Assembly (NCBI GenBank): GCA_030390025.1
Contig: CM059432.1
Coordinates: forward strand, 34,102,001 to 34,166,000
Direction of reading: 5' to 3'
Source: Squalus acanthias
Taxonomy: Eukaryota
Length of the DNA stretch: 64,000 nt
A model generated the notes under the pieces. The model saw only the letters and a list, made by a program, of their open reading frames with translations, made no database searches and was not told where the DNA came from. Positions within the stretch are counted from its first letter, which is position 1, and every line of letters begins with the position of its first letter. The translations under genes were made by a program, and so were the position numbers. Of this stretch, positions 12,281 through 25,100 are shown piece by piece.

Positions 12281-13294
12281 AAAGAAAAGTGAAAGAAAAG
12301 AAAGACTTGCATTTATATAGCACCTTTCATGACCCGAGACGTCCCAATGCACTTTACAGCCAATGAAGTACTTTTCAACTGTAGTCACTATTATAACGTA
12401 GCAAACACTGCAGCCAATTTACGCACAGCAAGGTCCCACAAAGAGAGAGAGATAATGATCTGATAATCTGTTTTAGATGTTGGTTGAAGGATAAATATTA
12501 GCCAGAACATCAGGGAGAACTCCCCTGCTCTTCTTCAAAATAGTGGCCTGAGATCTTTTACATCCACCTGAGGGCAGACAGGGCCTCGGTTTAACTGAAG
12601 GATGGCACCTCCTGACAGTGCAGCACTCCCTCAGTACTGCACTGGAGTGTCAGCCTGGATTTTGAGCTCAAGTCTCTTGTTAGGACTTGAACCCACAGCC
12701 TTCTTACTCAGAGGTGAGAGTGATGCCCCCTCAGGTGGATATAAAAAAATCCCATGGCACTACTGGAAGAGGAGCTGGGGAGTTCTCCCCGGTGTCCTGG
12801 CCAATATTTATCCTTCAACCAACATCACTAAAACAGATTATTTGGTCATTATCACATTGCTGTTTGTGAGACCTTGTTGTGCATAATTTGGTTGCCATGT
12901 TTCCTATATTACAACAGTGACTACACTTCGAAAGTACTTCATTGGCTGTAACATGCTTTGGGATGACCTGAGGTCGTGAAAGGCACTAATTTATTTACAT
13001 GAGAACTACATCTCCAAAAATGAGTAAGACTGTATTCAGTTCTAGGGCTTGGAACTCGCAATCTACAAAAGCTAATGCTACTAATATCCATTTACTTCTT
13101 CGGAACCTGGAATAGCCAGCAGAGGCGGAGAAGCAGTGGCCTCACTCCGCCCCGAAAAATGAGGGCTTGGGTGACCAAGAAATTGACAACATGCACTACG
13201 GAAACCAGAGGGGGAAGAGTGACAGAGTGGATTATGGTTCGGGGAGAAAGGCCAACATCTTTCACAGGAACTGAACGGATCTGTAGCCTGCAGC

Positions 13295-13296
<2 letters not shown>

Positions 13297-13337
<41 letters not shown>
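13297..13337. repeat. (GA)n microsatellite
   Basis: Perfect GA run. Confidence 0.98.
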
Positions 13338-13340
<3 letters not shown>

Positions 13341-16075
13341 AGATTCTGCAGTATCCCTAGGATACGAGGGAGAGAGTGGAGGTCTTTTGCCACGTGTGGA
13401 GCAGATTCACAAAGAGCTCCTGGCAGGGCATGGTGTTAGATCTCAAGGGTCTTGCTGAGGGGCGGGGGTAGGCAGGCTCAGGGGTGGGGTCTGCAGAACA
13501 TGGCAACGACTTTATTCAATCCTTACAACTGAGCTTCAGGATTTGGCTTGCTGGTGGGCCAAAGAAACAAACACACAGCTACAGAGGGAGTGAAGGATTC
13601 ATCTCGCATCAAAGCGAATACTCATGTTGCGTGAGCCATCCTGGGAGGAAGGGGCAACAATCACCCGTCGCCTGCGATGAAGATTCATAACACTGAAGAT
13701 TTCTTTAATTAATCATTAAGGGGGCAAACCTTGAAGATTTAAAGGGAAACTCCTTTTCTAATTGAACAGAAGTCTCAGTGAAGAACAATGGAATGAATGT
13801 GTGTCTGGTCAATTTGTAGCCACAGCAGGAAGATCTCAGTTTCCTATTTCCAGAGGAACTGTAAAAGCCTTTGTGGTTTTACTAGGAATAACAGTCATTG
13901 AGCTTCGACTGGGTTTACAATGGCACCAACACACACACCTAGAAATGAGAGTTGGTGACATTGACGAAGGCGATGATTGGTGATGAATAATGATGATGGT
14001 GATGGTTTGATGACAGCCTATGACTCATCTCCAATTTAATTTAGTTGGCGATATTAGTGGATGAAGGTTAATGGTCCCGGGATATTTTCTATTTTAGCGA
14101 AAGTGTTAACCCATTTAAGATTCCCACCTGCGCTAAAATAGCAGAATTTCAACACAAACTTCCCTTGAGCCCCTGACCCTTTAGTCAGGGAGGGGCGGGT
14201 TCCGGACTGGGTGCAAAAATCAAAAGACATTACGATTAGGGAATGTCCCTAAACTGTCATTAGAAAAAGTGTCCGTCCGCTAACTGCACCGACAGTAAAT
14301 TCCGGGCAATTTCGATCTTAACCTCACAAGACAGGCGATACAATGACCTTTCTGTAAAACAGCCGCTCCTTTTTGTAAGGCAACTAACTGGTGTCTTCAC
14401 ACCGCATCCAGAAAGTCAACTCGGCAAAAATGGGGCCAGTGTCCCTTTAAGACAGGTGCACCTTAACCAACTATCTGACTGCACTATTTCCGAAGCACAG
14501 TTTTATAGGTGAGCACCTTTGATTTTGCTTTTTAAATTGTTCAACATTATACTGGGAATTTTTTTTGCCTTTATATTTCACGGTAGTTTGGAGACGTTTC
14601 CTAATTATAAAATCATTTCATTTTGCACCCAATTCAGACAGCCTGGATTAAACTTGGATTAAGGGACGAGGGGTCTGGGGGGGGGAAATCAGATCTATCC
14701 AATTTTATTTATTTATTGTATAGATAATTTTACCTAACAAATAAAAACATGAGAGAACTCCTTGGGTCATAACAAGGTCAATTTCCAACTTCAACAAACT
14801 TCACCCATTCCCATTTCTCTCCCTTTTTAAAAAGTGTTTAAAAAGTGTTTTTAAATCGCTAATTATTTTAATTTGATTATCTTCATTATTTCCTAATTGT
14901 CTGATATGTTGAGAATAGTATGGACCGCACCTTTTCCATTTTATTTTTTTAAGTTTCCCCTCATCCTATAAACTGATCCCAGTCTCACTTCAGACCCTGA
15001 TAATCAGGAGAGCCAGTGGAATCTGAAGGCTGGAGGGTTCCCCGAGATTAAAACCCCGATCTTTTCTTTAAAAAAAAATATGATTCCACACAGTATTTTT
15101 TGTAAAACAGCATGTGCTGGCTCGTGTTGTTATAGCTGGTAACTGTAAAGCGGCTTCCAAAATACAAATGGTCCCACGAAAAGGGGAGGGAGGTCTCAGG
15201 GAAAAGACTGTCTGCATAAGTTGAAGCTGTAAAAAGATGAGTTCCAGACTCAGAGTCTAACCCAGAGTTTGATATAAACCGCGATCTAGTATTTCATTTA
15301 CACATACACAATTCTGCCCTCCCAACTGTTGCTTTACTATTCTCATGTTTAGCAGGTTGAGCAGGCGTTTAAATCTTGGTGGGCGGGGGGGAAAATAATA
15401 AAAAAATATAAAAGACAGCAAGTGTTAACTCACTGGATATAATATACATACACACATAAATAAGAGGTCGGGGTATAATTCACAGGAAAGTGGAATCCCT
15501 CTCCTCCCCCTACACTGTCTTCTAGTACAGCATTGCACTTTATAAAAGGATAGAATGTAGATCATTGCATTAAGCGATGACACGCGACATAACACAATAA
15601 ATCCTGAGAGAGAGAAACAGCATAAAAAGGGAGAGACACGTTCAGATAGGATCATGAGACAATCTTTTTTTTAAATGAATCAAGTCAAAATCTGTAAGTG
15701 ATCCGTACAAGAGCGATCAAACCGCACTCGGGATAAAAGAAATATTAAAATCTGAATTACACACAGCAACCTGCAGCTGGGAGCTCTGTGCAGGGCTGTT
15801 TCAATTTCCCAGAGACTTGAGAACAGAGAGGCGCACCCAACTCATTTAAAAAATCGCTAATATGCATTTTCTTTTCTGTTACAAGAAAACAAAAACACAC
15901 AAAAAAATTGAAATTAAAAATTCTGGGAAAGTCTGAAAAAAAAACTTTTCCTGAGAAAGTTTCAAAAAAAATACTCGGCGAAAGTTTGAAAAGAAGTTTT
16001 GAAAGTTTGAAAAAAAGTTTAGAAAAAAGTTTTTGAAAGTTTGAAAAAAAAGTTTTGAGAGTTTTCAGGACGTAC

Positions 16076-16161
16076 CCGAAATAGGCAGTGGTGTTGCCGA
16101 TGGTCAGAAGGACTATAACAGCGAAGAGTTGCCATCCCAGAGAGCAGTGTCCATCCAGCAT
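16076..16161 (-). CDS. wnt9a: Wnt-9a exon 1 (signal peptide); remaining exons lie beyond the left edge
   Basis: Translates MLDGHCSLGWQLFAVIVLLTIGNTTAYF(G), matching the recalled WNT9A N-terminus MLDG...AAYFG. Ends in phase 2 at TTC GG|gtacgt (16075), the expected WNT9A intron-1 position. No exon-2 peptide (LTG.EPL...CDRLKL) seen in 1-16075. Confidence 0.9.
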
Positions 16162-16330
16162 TTTGCTGTACCGGCTCGAAAGCTGACCATCTCGTTTCGT
16201 ATTGAGGTTAGTTTCTGGTGAGTTTCGCGATCGCGGCGCCTTCTTATAGAGCAGCCGAATTGAGCCCCAGAGCCCGGCGCAGGCGCGTTGGCCGGTCCGC
16301 CTCCCCGCTTAGCTAGCAAGCACCACAACA
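16162..16330 (-). promoter_or_regulatory. wnt9a 5'UTR and core promoter
   Basis: CpG-rich patch directly upstream of the ATG, TATAAGAA at 16248-16241 (minus) and a GC-box-like GGGGAGGCGG near 16300. The TSS is inferred, not observed. Confidence 0.6.
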
Positions 16331-16339
16331 AGCGGAGCA

Positions 16340-17680
16340 GGGGCAGGGTGGAGCTGGAATCAGAGAGAGGGAGGGGGAGTGGGGGGTTGTATAGCGTCTG
16401 ACAGAGAGAGAGAGAGAGAGAGCTGCAATCAGGCTGGGACCCGACAGAGAGAGAGATTAAACTGGACAGAAAGAGAGAGATGCAGTGAGCTGGAATCAGA
16501 ATGGGACAGAGAAGGGGTCTGGGGAGACAGTGGGAGAACTGGAATTAGAGATAGAGACGGAGAGCTGGAATTAGGGAGAGGGAGAACTGGATTAGACATA
16601 GAGAGGGAGAGCTAGAATTAGGAGAGAGAGCAGGAATTACAGAAAGAGGGAGAGCTAGAAACAGAGGGAGAGAGACAGAATCAGATAGAGGAAGAGAATT
16701 GGAATTAGGCATATATAAAGAGATGGAGTTACACAGAGGGAGTGTAAGCCGGAATCAGACAGAGAGAGAGCACTTGAATTAAACAGTGCTAGAATTAGAC
16801 AGAGGGAGAGAGATCTAGATTGAGACAGAGAGGGAGATAGAACTGGAAGTGGAGAGCTGGACTCAAAAAGAGTGTGGAATTAGGTAGAGCTGGTATCAGA
16901 CAGAGAGAGTGAGAGAGCTGGAGTTGGACTGCGAGGGAGAGAGCTGGAGTCAGAGAGTGGGACCTTGGATCAGATGGAGAGGGCTGGAATCAGAGAGGGA
17001 GATGGAATGAGAGATGCACAAAGCTTGCTGGAATCAGACAGAGCTGAAATCAGAAAGACAGCGGGAGAGCAAGAGATGGAATCAGACAAAGCTAGAATTT
17101 GAGAAGAAGAGGTAGATAGCTGGAATCAGAAAGACAGACAGAGACAGCTAGATGGAATCAGACAGAGAGACAGACGCCGATTGCTGGAATCAGACAAAGG
17201 TCGATCACTGGAATCAGACAGGGAGACAGAGGTTGATGGCAACGTGAGATAAGGTGAATGAGATAGCATGGAATAGAGTGAAGGAGAGACGATGGAATAG
17301 AATGAATTATGAAACATTGAATAGAGTGATGAAAGATCATGGGATATGCTGAATAAAAGAGAATGGACAGTGAATGAGGGAGTATGGCATAGTGTGAATG
17401 AAAGAATGAGATAGAGTGAATGAGAGTGATTGGATATAGTGAATGACAACATTCAGGATAGAATGAATGAAAGAGCATGAGTTAGAACGAATGAGGGAAT
17501 GGGATGCATTGTCAATAAGTCAAAGCATGCGATACAATGAATTACATTTTCGGATAGCGTATGTCGAGCGAATGAGAAAGCATGGTACAGAGTGATTGAG
17601 AGCGCACAGGATAGAGTGAATGCGAGGCCATGGGAAAAAGTGAACGAGAAAGCGTAGAATATAGTGAATGAGGTAGAGTG
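16340..17680. repeat. Purine-rich degenerate tandem array (gagctggaatcagacagag motifs)
   Basis: Many ctggaatc/ctggaatt and gaatga motifs in a GA-rich background. Confidence 0.8.
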
Positions 17681-18833
17681 CCACAAACTCCGTTCCCTAA
17701 CCAACAATTCCATCCTCCTCCCTAGCCACTGTTTCAGGCTGAACCTGATTGTTCACAATCTTGGAGTCCTATTTGACCCTGAACTGAGGTTTCAACCCTA
17801 TATCCTCTCCATCCCAGGACCACCTGCTTCCACCTCCATGATATTGCTTGTCTCTGCCCCTATCTCAACTCATCTGCTGCTGAAACCCTCATCCATACTT
17901 TTGTTACCTCCAGAGTCGACTATTCCAATGCTCTACTGGCTGGCCTCCCATCTTCCACCTTCCGTAAACTTGAGCTCATCCAAAACTCTGCTACCCGTAT
18001 CCTAATTTGCACCAAGTCTCATTCACCCATCACCCCTGTGCTCATCGACCTACATTGGCTTCTGGTCCAGGAACGCCTCGATTTTAAAATTCTCATCTGT
18101 GTGTTCAAATCCCTCCATGACCTCGCCCCATCCCATCTCTGTAACCTCCTCCAGCCCTACAATCCTCCGAGAACTCTGCATTCCTCCAATTCTGGCCTCT
18201 TGTGCATCCCTAATTTCCTACGCCCCTCTAATGGCTGCCGTGCCTTCAGCTGTCTAGGCCCCAAGCTCTGGAATTTCCTCCCTAAACCTCTCCGCCTCTC
18301 TACGTCTCCTCCTCAGACGCTCCATAAAACCTACCTTGTTGACCTAGCTTTTGGTCACCTATCTCCTTATGTGACTCGGTGTCAAATTTTGTTTGATAAC
18401 TCTCCTGTGAAGCGCCTTGGGAAGTTTTACTACATTAAAAGCGCTATATAAATTCAAGTTATTGTTGTTGTAAGTGAATAAAAGAGCGCTGGACAGAATG
18501 AAGGAGAGCGCTACTGTTAGAGTGAATAAAAGAACGAACGAACATTGTATAACCCCTTTCACAACTTCAAGATGTCCCAAAGCGCTTTACAGCCAATGAA
18601 GTCCTTTTGAAGTGTTGTAATGTAGGAAACATGACAACCAATTTGCAAACAGCAAGGTCCCACAAACAGCAATGAAATAAATGACCAGATAATCTGCTTT
18701 TAATGATGTAGGTTGAGGGATCAATGTTGGCCAGGAATCTTCTTCAAATAGTGCCAAGGGATCTTTTACATCCACCCGAGAGGGCAGGCAGGGCTGCTGA
18801 TACTTTGACATTTTAGCTTGCCTTAAAGTCACT

Positions 18834-19542
18834 GGGGGAGAAATTCATTATAGCCCCGTTTGTGGCGCTAACTTTTAAAAATTGAGAAAATTAGCACCAG
18901 GCGCTAATGTTTCTAAATTTAAAAAAAAATTTGGTTTTGCGTTCCAGGAAGGAAGTGGAGCGCTAAATCAAACGCTCCACTTCCTTCTTGGAGCGCAACA
19001 GGCAGCAGGCTGGGGCGGAGACTTCAGCAGTGCTGCACACTGGGCTGTGCAGTGCTGCCGCATTCAAAGGCTTCTTCCCTCCCTTAAAGGGCCATCGCTG
19101 CAGGCTCTGCAATATGAAAAGTACCTACCTAGACCACCAAGGCAGCCGCAATCCCATGCGATCAGTCCGGCACTCAACCCGCAAAAAAAACTGGAAGGTA
19201 AGTTATTTTTTTTACTTTCCTCGGCCACCTGGCCTTTAATCATCACCCCTGAAGCAGCCGGTCGCCCGATGCACGCCTCCTGTGGCTGTCGGTGTTTTCG
19301 ACCAGTGCTGCTGCAGGGGGCAGAAGTCAATTTCAGGTCCGGGGCACTACGTACGCCGATGACGTCACGATCTGCGGGCGAAGGAGATCGGGGCGCAATG
19401 CCGTAGCGCCGCTGCAAAACTCCCGCCAAATATGGCGGGAGTCAATGTCAGCTCTGCGCCCGGTCGCAAAGCCATTTGCACCCCGTTAGCGCCCCCCGGG
19501 GGCGCGCTAATGGGAGGTGCAAAGGCACCCAATTTCGCCCCC
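18834..19542. mobile_element. Non-autonomous Harbinger-like MITE
   Basis: TIRs gggggagaaatt / aatttcgccccc with 3-bp TSD ACT on both sides. The left end (..aaattcattatagcc) resembles the left end of the Myb-bearing Harbinger at 31930. Confidence 0.8.
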
Positions 19543-20000
19543 ACTGACTCCAGCTTCACCCTTACTGATTATCGCTCTCCCTGTGTAACTCTGCACAAAC
19601 CTTTCACGCCTGGCCTTTAATTAATCATCAGTTAAGGCTTTCCTCTGGCATTTCAACCCTTCTTTTATGCAAGCCTACTTTTGCAATGAAATTATCAGAT
19701 GAAAATAGCACAAGGTTACAGATGGATCGATTTAGATCTGTCTGTCTGTATATATGTATGTATATATCTATGATTCTGCGTTGTAACTTCTGTGTATTCC
19801 TTCTATGTATATTCGCTTATATAAAATACTTACATATATCACACACGCCATTGAAACCTACTATATAAATATTTCCAATCGGAATTCCAATGTTAAAATG
19901 TCCACACTCGCCTGTTATACTTACCGGTTACATTTACCCTTAACACCAGTAGACGGCGCTCTAATAGGACTTTCAATGCTAATCTGATTTAGTTGTCTCT

Positions 20001-20321
20001 AGTGAGAAGTCGCACAACACCAGGTTATAGTCCAACAGTTTTATTTGAAATCACAAGCTTTTGTCTCTGTAAGACCACCACCTACTACAGTTGTGATTAT
20101 TATTGAGAAGTCGCACAACACCAGGTTATAGTCCAACAGTTTTATTTAAAATTACGAGCTTTCGGAGCTGTCGCCCCTTCTTCAGGTACAGGTACGTGTA
20201 CCTGAAGAAGGAGCGGAGCGCCGAAAGCTCGTAATTTTAAATAAAACTGTTGGACTATAACCTGGTGTTGTGCGACTTCTCATATTTGTCCACCCCAGTC
20301 CAACACCGGCATCTCCGCATC
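20001..20321. mobile_element. Two Penelope-type terminal-repeat inserts: 20001-20060 (truncated) and 20106-20321 (inverted pair plus tail)
   Basis: gagaagtcgcacaacaccaggttatagtccaacag repeats. TSDs ttgtctct (19993-20000 / 20061-20068) and gtgattattattg (20093-20105 / 20322-20334). Contains hammerhead cores. Confidence 0.7.
20153..20188 (-). ncRNA. Minimal type-I hammerhead ribozyme motif; mirror copy on + at 20199-20233
   Basis: Minus strand reads uac-CUGAAGA-a-GGGGC-gaca-GCUCC-GAAA-GCUC-gua: conserved cores, 5-bp stem II, palindromic AGCU stem III, stem I UAC/GUA. The + copy has one stem II mismatch. Confidence 0.65.
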
Positions 20322-22119
20322 GTGATTATTATTGTAATGTAAATCTTAAAGCTTTAATGTAATTTTTAAAAAAGTGTAAAAATTAGTGCCTCGCTGTCTA
20401 AGGCCCCAGACTCCGTAGCCTGCGCCCAGCTTCAGCCCACAATGAGGCTGCCCTGGGCCAATATCTGCTGCTCTGTCAGCCACAGACCCAGGATGGTATC
20501 ACTAGTATTCAATAAAAAGTCTTACCTGCCCTCTGGCTCCATTTAAAATGCTGATCCCGTTCTCCAAGGCTCCCAGCCATGGCCCCTTGGCTCTACCTCA
20601 AAGTCATGCTGGTCCAATGCTTGTATCACTGTCCCCACCCCACCCCGGATCCTGGCTGGCTTTACTCCATATCCCACCATGTAAAAGGTGAGCCCCACTC
20701 CCCCAGGCTAATTGCTCTGCACTGCTGCTATTCCTGTGAGCTTCCTCTACCAAATGTCTGCAGACCGCCAATTGTCTCACCATGAACAAGGCCACTGGAT
20801 AGCAACCAATATATATTTATTTCTTGTATCTAGTATGCATCCTTTGCATTTCAGACGTCACACTCCAGAAGGACGCCAGAAGTCAAAACAGAAAAGAAAG
20901 AGACAGCCAGTCATTTCCTGCTGGTCTTCTGAACCTGGCCTCTTCCCCAGCTGTAGGAGCCAGAGATTTACAAGGAGCTGCCAATCTATAGAAACTTACC
21001 CTCAACAGTTAGCCGCTAATTGATCTGGGGAGGTATCTATTTAGACCACCTCCCCACACCTGATCAACAGCCTGAATGAGAACACACTGAGTTCAATGCA
21101 GCGCCAACTTAGCAGCTAATCGTCACCACTGTGCTCGATGGGACATCAGCTTGTGCGTCTCATACTAGAGAGACCTCCTCTAACGCCCACTGGGGGTGGG
21201 TTCCCCCCGAGCTGAGTTTGTGCGGCTGGCCGATTATTCGGACCGAGCCTTGTTAGCAGTGGGCCTGACGGACTGCGGCCACAGATGGGTGGGTAATATT
21301 GGGCAGCCCAGTCGGCCCCCGAGCCAGTAGATCTGTGGGATGGTGGCTCCCCCCAATCTCTGGGGAGGGGAGGAGAGGAGCCAGAGAGCGGGCAGCGGCC
21401 CAGATTGATTCTATGGAAGCGGTCGGAGTGGGAACGGCGCGCGCTCCGCCTGGTTCAGCCCAAAATATGGCAATCGGAGGCCTTTGTACATCATCGAACA
21501 CCAATTTCTGCCTAATATAGGGACAGGGTAAAACATTAAGCCCCTCTAGCACCTGACTCCGGGGAGGGATGTGGCTCTCCGGCCGCCCAGCAGCAGACTC
21601 GGGTTTGAACATTGCCGCACAACGGCAGTGGGAACGGGGCGGTAGGTCAGTCATTGCCCACCAGTTGCGGGGAGCTGCCGTCCTGTGTCCGCCAGACGGG
21701 AGGCCTGGAAATTCAGCCCAATGTGTTTAAAGCTAGAGTAGTAAAATTCCAAGTGTGAGGAACATGTTTGATTTTACATGTAAAGAGCTAAACTCCCATG
21801 GGATGCCACTTGGATCGACACCTGCTTTTACTTTTGCCAGGTTGTTTGAAGTTTATGTTTCGAATGAAAATAAGATTGCCGAGGGGGCGGGAGGGAAATT
21901 TCCAGAGTAAAAGCATAAACTGATTTGTTCCCAAACTTTTCACAGCGACCTCTTCCAATTGGACTTCTTCTCATTAACTGTTACTCTTCCCCCCCCCCCA
22001 TTTGTCTTCTAATTCTCCCCCCCCCCCCCCCCCCGAAGGTGGTGACTTGTTTTGGGGTGAACTTCCGCAGGCACAAGCCACACTTTGGTACCTTGTTCAA
22101 GTGGTTATTGTGTGTGAGT

Positions 22120-25100
22120 CTCTCTCTGTCTCTCTCTCTTAGGCAGTCCCTCAGAACTGAGGATGACTTGCTTCCATGTTAAAAATGAGTTCTCAGGTGA
22201 CTGATGAGTCCAATGCAGGACCTACAGTCTCTGTCACAGGTGGGGCAGACGGTGGTTGAAGGGGCGGGTGGGTGGGGTGCTTGGGTTGACGTGCGCTGCC
22301 TGCGCTTGGCTTCCGCTTGCTCCCAGCGAAGAGACTTGAGGTGTTCAGTGCCTTCCCGGATGCTTCTACTCCACTTTGTGCGGTCTTGGGCCAGGGATTC
22401 CCAGGTGTCGGTGGGGATGTTACACTTTTTCAAGGAGGCTTTGAGGGTGTCCTTGAAGTGTTTCCTCTGCCCACCTGGGGCTCTCTTGCTGTGCCGGAGC
22501 TCCGAGTAGAGCGCTTGTTTTGGGAGTCTCGTATCGGGCATGCGGACAATGCGACCCGTCCATCGGAGCTGATCGAACGTGGTCAAAGCTTCGATGCTGG
22601 GGATGTTGGCCTGAGCGAGAACACTGACGTTGGTGCGCCTATCCTGCCAATGGATTTGCAGGATCTTGCGGAGGCAGCGTTGGTGGTACCTCTCCAGTGC
22701 TTTGAGGTGCCTGCTGTACATGGTCCATGTCTCTGAGGCATACAGCAGGGCGGGTATCACTGCTGCTCTGTAGACCATGAGCTTAGTGCCGGGTTTGAGG
22801 TCCTGGCTTTCAAACACACTCTTCCTCAGGCGGCCGAAGGCTGCACTGGCATACTGAAGGTGGTGTTGGACTTCGTCATCGACGTATGCCCTTGTTGACA
22901 GTAGGCTCCCGAGATATGGAAAGTGGTCCACGTTGCCCAAGGCCTTGTCGTTGATTTGATAATCGGGGACAGTACTGTGTGGTGGGGGCAGGTTGGTAGA
23001 GGACCTTTGTCTTACGGATGTTTAGTGTAAGGCCCATGCTCTCGTACGCTTCGGTGAAGGAGCTCGACCTCCGAGTGAGCACAGACGCAAGAGTCATCTG
23101 CATAGTATAATTCGACGACAGAGGATGGGACGACCTTGGATCTGGACTAGAGGCGATGGAGGTTGAACAGTTTCCCGTTTGTTCTGTAAATTAGCTCCAC
23201 TCCAGTGGGGAGCTTACTGAGGGTGAGATGGAGCATTGCAGCAAGGAAGATCAAGAAGAGCATTGGTTCGATGACACAGCCTTGCTTGACCCCGGTTCGT
23301 ACGTGAATTGGGTCTGTGGTGGAACCATTGGTCAGGATCACGGCTTGCATGTCGTCGTGAAGCAGGCGAAGGATGGTGACAAACTTCTGAGGGCAGCCGA
23401 ATTTAAGGAGGACACTCCATAATCCCTCATGGTTGACAGTGTCCAAGGCCTTTGTGAGATCAAAGAAGGCCATGTACAGTGGTTGGTGCTGTTCCCTGCA
23501 TTTCTCTTGTAATTGACGTGCGGTGAAGATCATGTCCATTGTGCCCCTTAGTGGGCGAAATCCGCATTGCGACTCTGGGAGGAGCTCTTCGGCCACTGGG
23601 AGAAGGCGATTGAGGAGGATTCTTGCGATGACTTTCCCTGTGGCAGATAGCAGGGAAACTCCTCTGTAATTACCGCAATCGGACTTGTCACCTTTCTTGA
23701 AGATGGTCACAATTACGGCGTCTGAGATCCCCTGGCATGCTCTCCTCCTTCCAGATAAGAGAAATGAGTTCATGAATTTGCGCCAGTAGTGCTTCTCCAC
23801 CATGCTTTAGTGCCTCAGCGGGGATTCCATCTGCTCCTGAGGCCTTGTTGTTCTTCAGTTGTCGGATGGCCTTTTCAACCTCATGCCGGGCTGGGGTTGT
23901 GCTGAGATGGTGGCGGGTAGCATGCTGCGGGATGGAGTTGAGGACACTCGCGTCGAAGACAGAGTCTCGGTTAAGGAGATCTTCGAAGTGCTCCTTCCAG
24001 CGGGCACTGACTGCCCCTCTGTCCTTGATGAGTACCTCTCCATTCTTGGCCCGCAGTGGGGTAGGGACTTGGGTGCTTGGGTCGTAGATGGTCTTGTCTG
24101 CGCTAAAGAATCTACGCATGTCGTGGTTGTCGGCTAGCTGCTGGATCTCCTACGCTTTCTCCACCCTTCTTTAGGTCGCGAGTTTTTGTTGGACCTCGGC
24201 CTTCAGGCGTCTGTAGAGCTGCTTTCTTGCTCTCGAGTTCTGTTGCTGTTTCCAGATCAGGAATGCCTTGCGCTTGTGGCTTATTAGCTCCTGGATCTCC
24301 TGGTCGTTCTCGTCGAACCAGTCTTGGTGTTTCCTGGTCAAGTGACCGAGCGTCTCTTCACAGGTGCTGATTATGGAGGCCTTGAGTGCAGACCAGGCGC
24401 TGTGGGCACTCTGTGTCTCTGCATCACTGGGAGTCGTCAGGTTGTTTGTGAGGCACAGGCTGAATAGGGCCTTCTAGGGTGTCTTTGAGTGCTCCAGCGT
24501 TTTTCTTGCGGCATTGTTTCTGTTGCCGCCGCTGTTTTGGGGCTACATTGATGGAGATGACAGAGTGGATTAGGCGGTGGTCTGTACAGCAGTCTTCAGC
24601 TCCTGTCATGGCGCGGGTGATGCGGATGTCCTTGCAGTCCCTCGCTCGGACGATCACGTAGTCCAGCAGATGCCAGTGCTTGGAGCGAGGGTGCTGCCAT
24701 GAAGCCTTGTACTTGTCTCTCTGACGGAACAAGGTGTTGGTTATGACAAGGCCATGTTCTAAGCATTTTGACAGGAGGAGGGTACCTTTGGAGTTGGCTT
24801 TCCCTACACCCTCTCTGCCGATCACACCTCCCCAGAGGTCTGTGTCCTTTCTAACTCTGGCGTTAAAGTCACCAAGGACGATCAGCTTGTCGCCCGTTGG
24901 GACTCGGGACAGGGATTGTTTGAGGCTGGAGTAGAATTCGTCTTTGGTCTCGTCTGTGGCTTCCAGTGTTGGGGCGTACGCACTGATGACCGTAGCGCAC
25001 TGGTTCCGGGCTAGGGTGTGCCGAAGAGTCATGAGGCGCTCATTTATACCGCTAGGAGAGTCTTTGAGACGCCCAACTAGTTCATTTTTTATGGCAAAGC

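Noticed and set aside
15757..16075. 134-aa ORF extending wnt9a exon 1
   Set aside because: Read-through past the GT donor into low-complexity T-rich intron; similarity to Wnt9a stops at AYFG.
18882..19406. 174-aa ORF inside the MITE
   Set aside because: No ATG start or recognisable domain; expected by chance in GC-rich MITE sequence.
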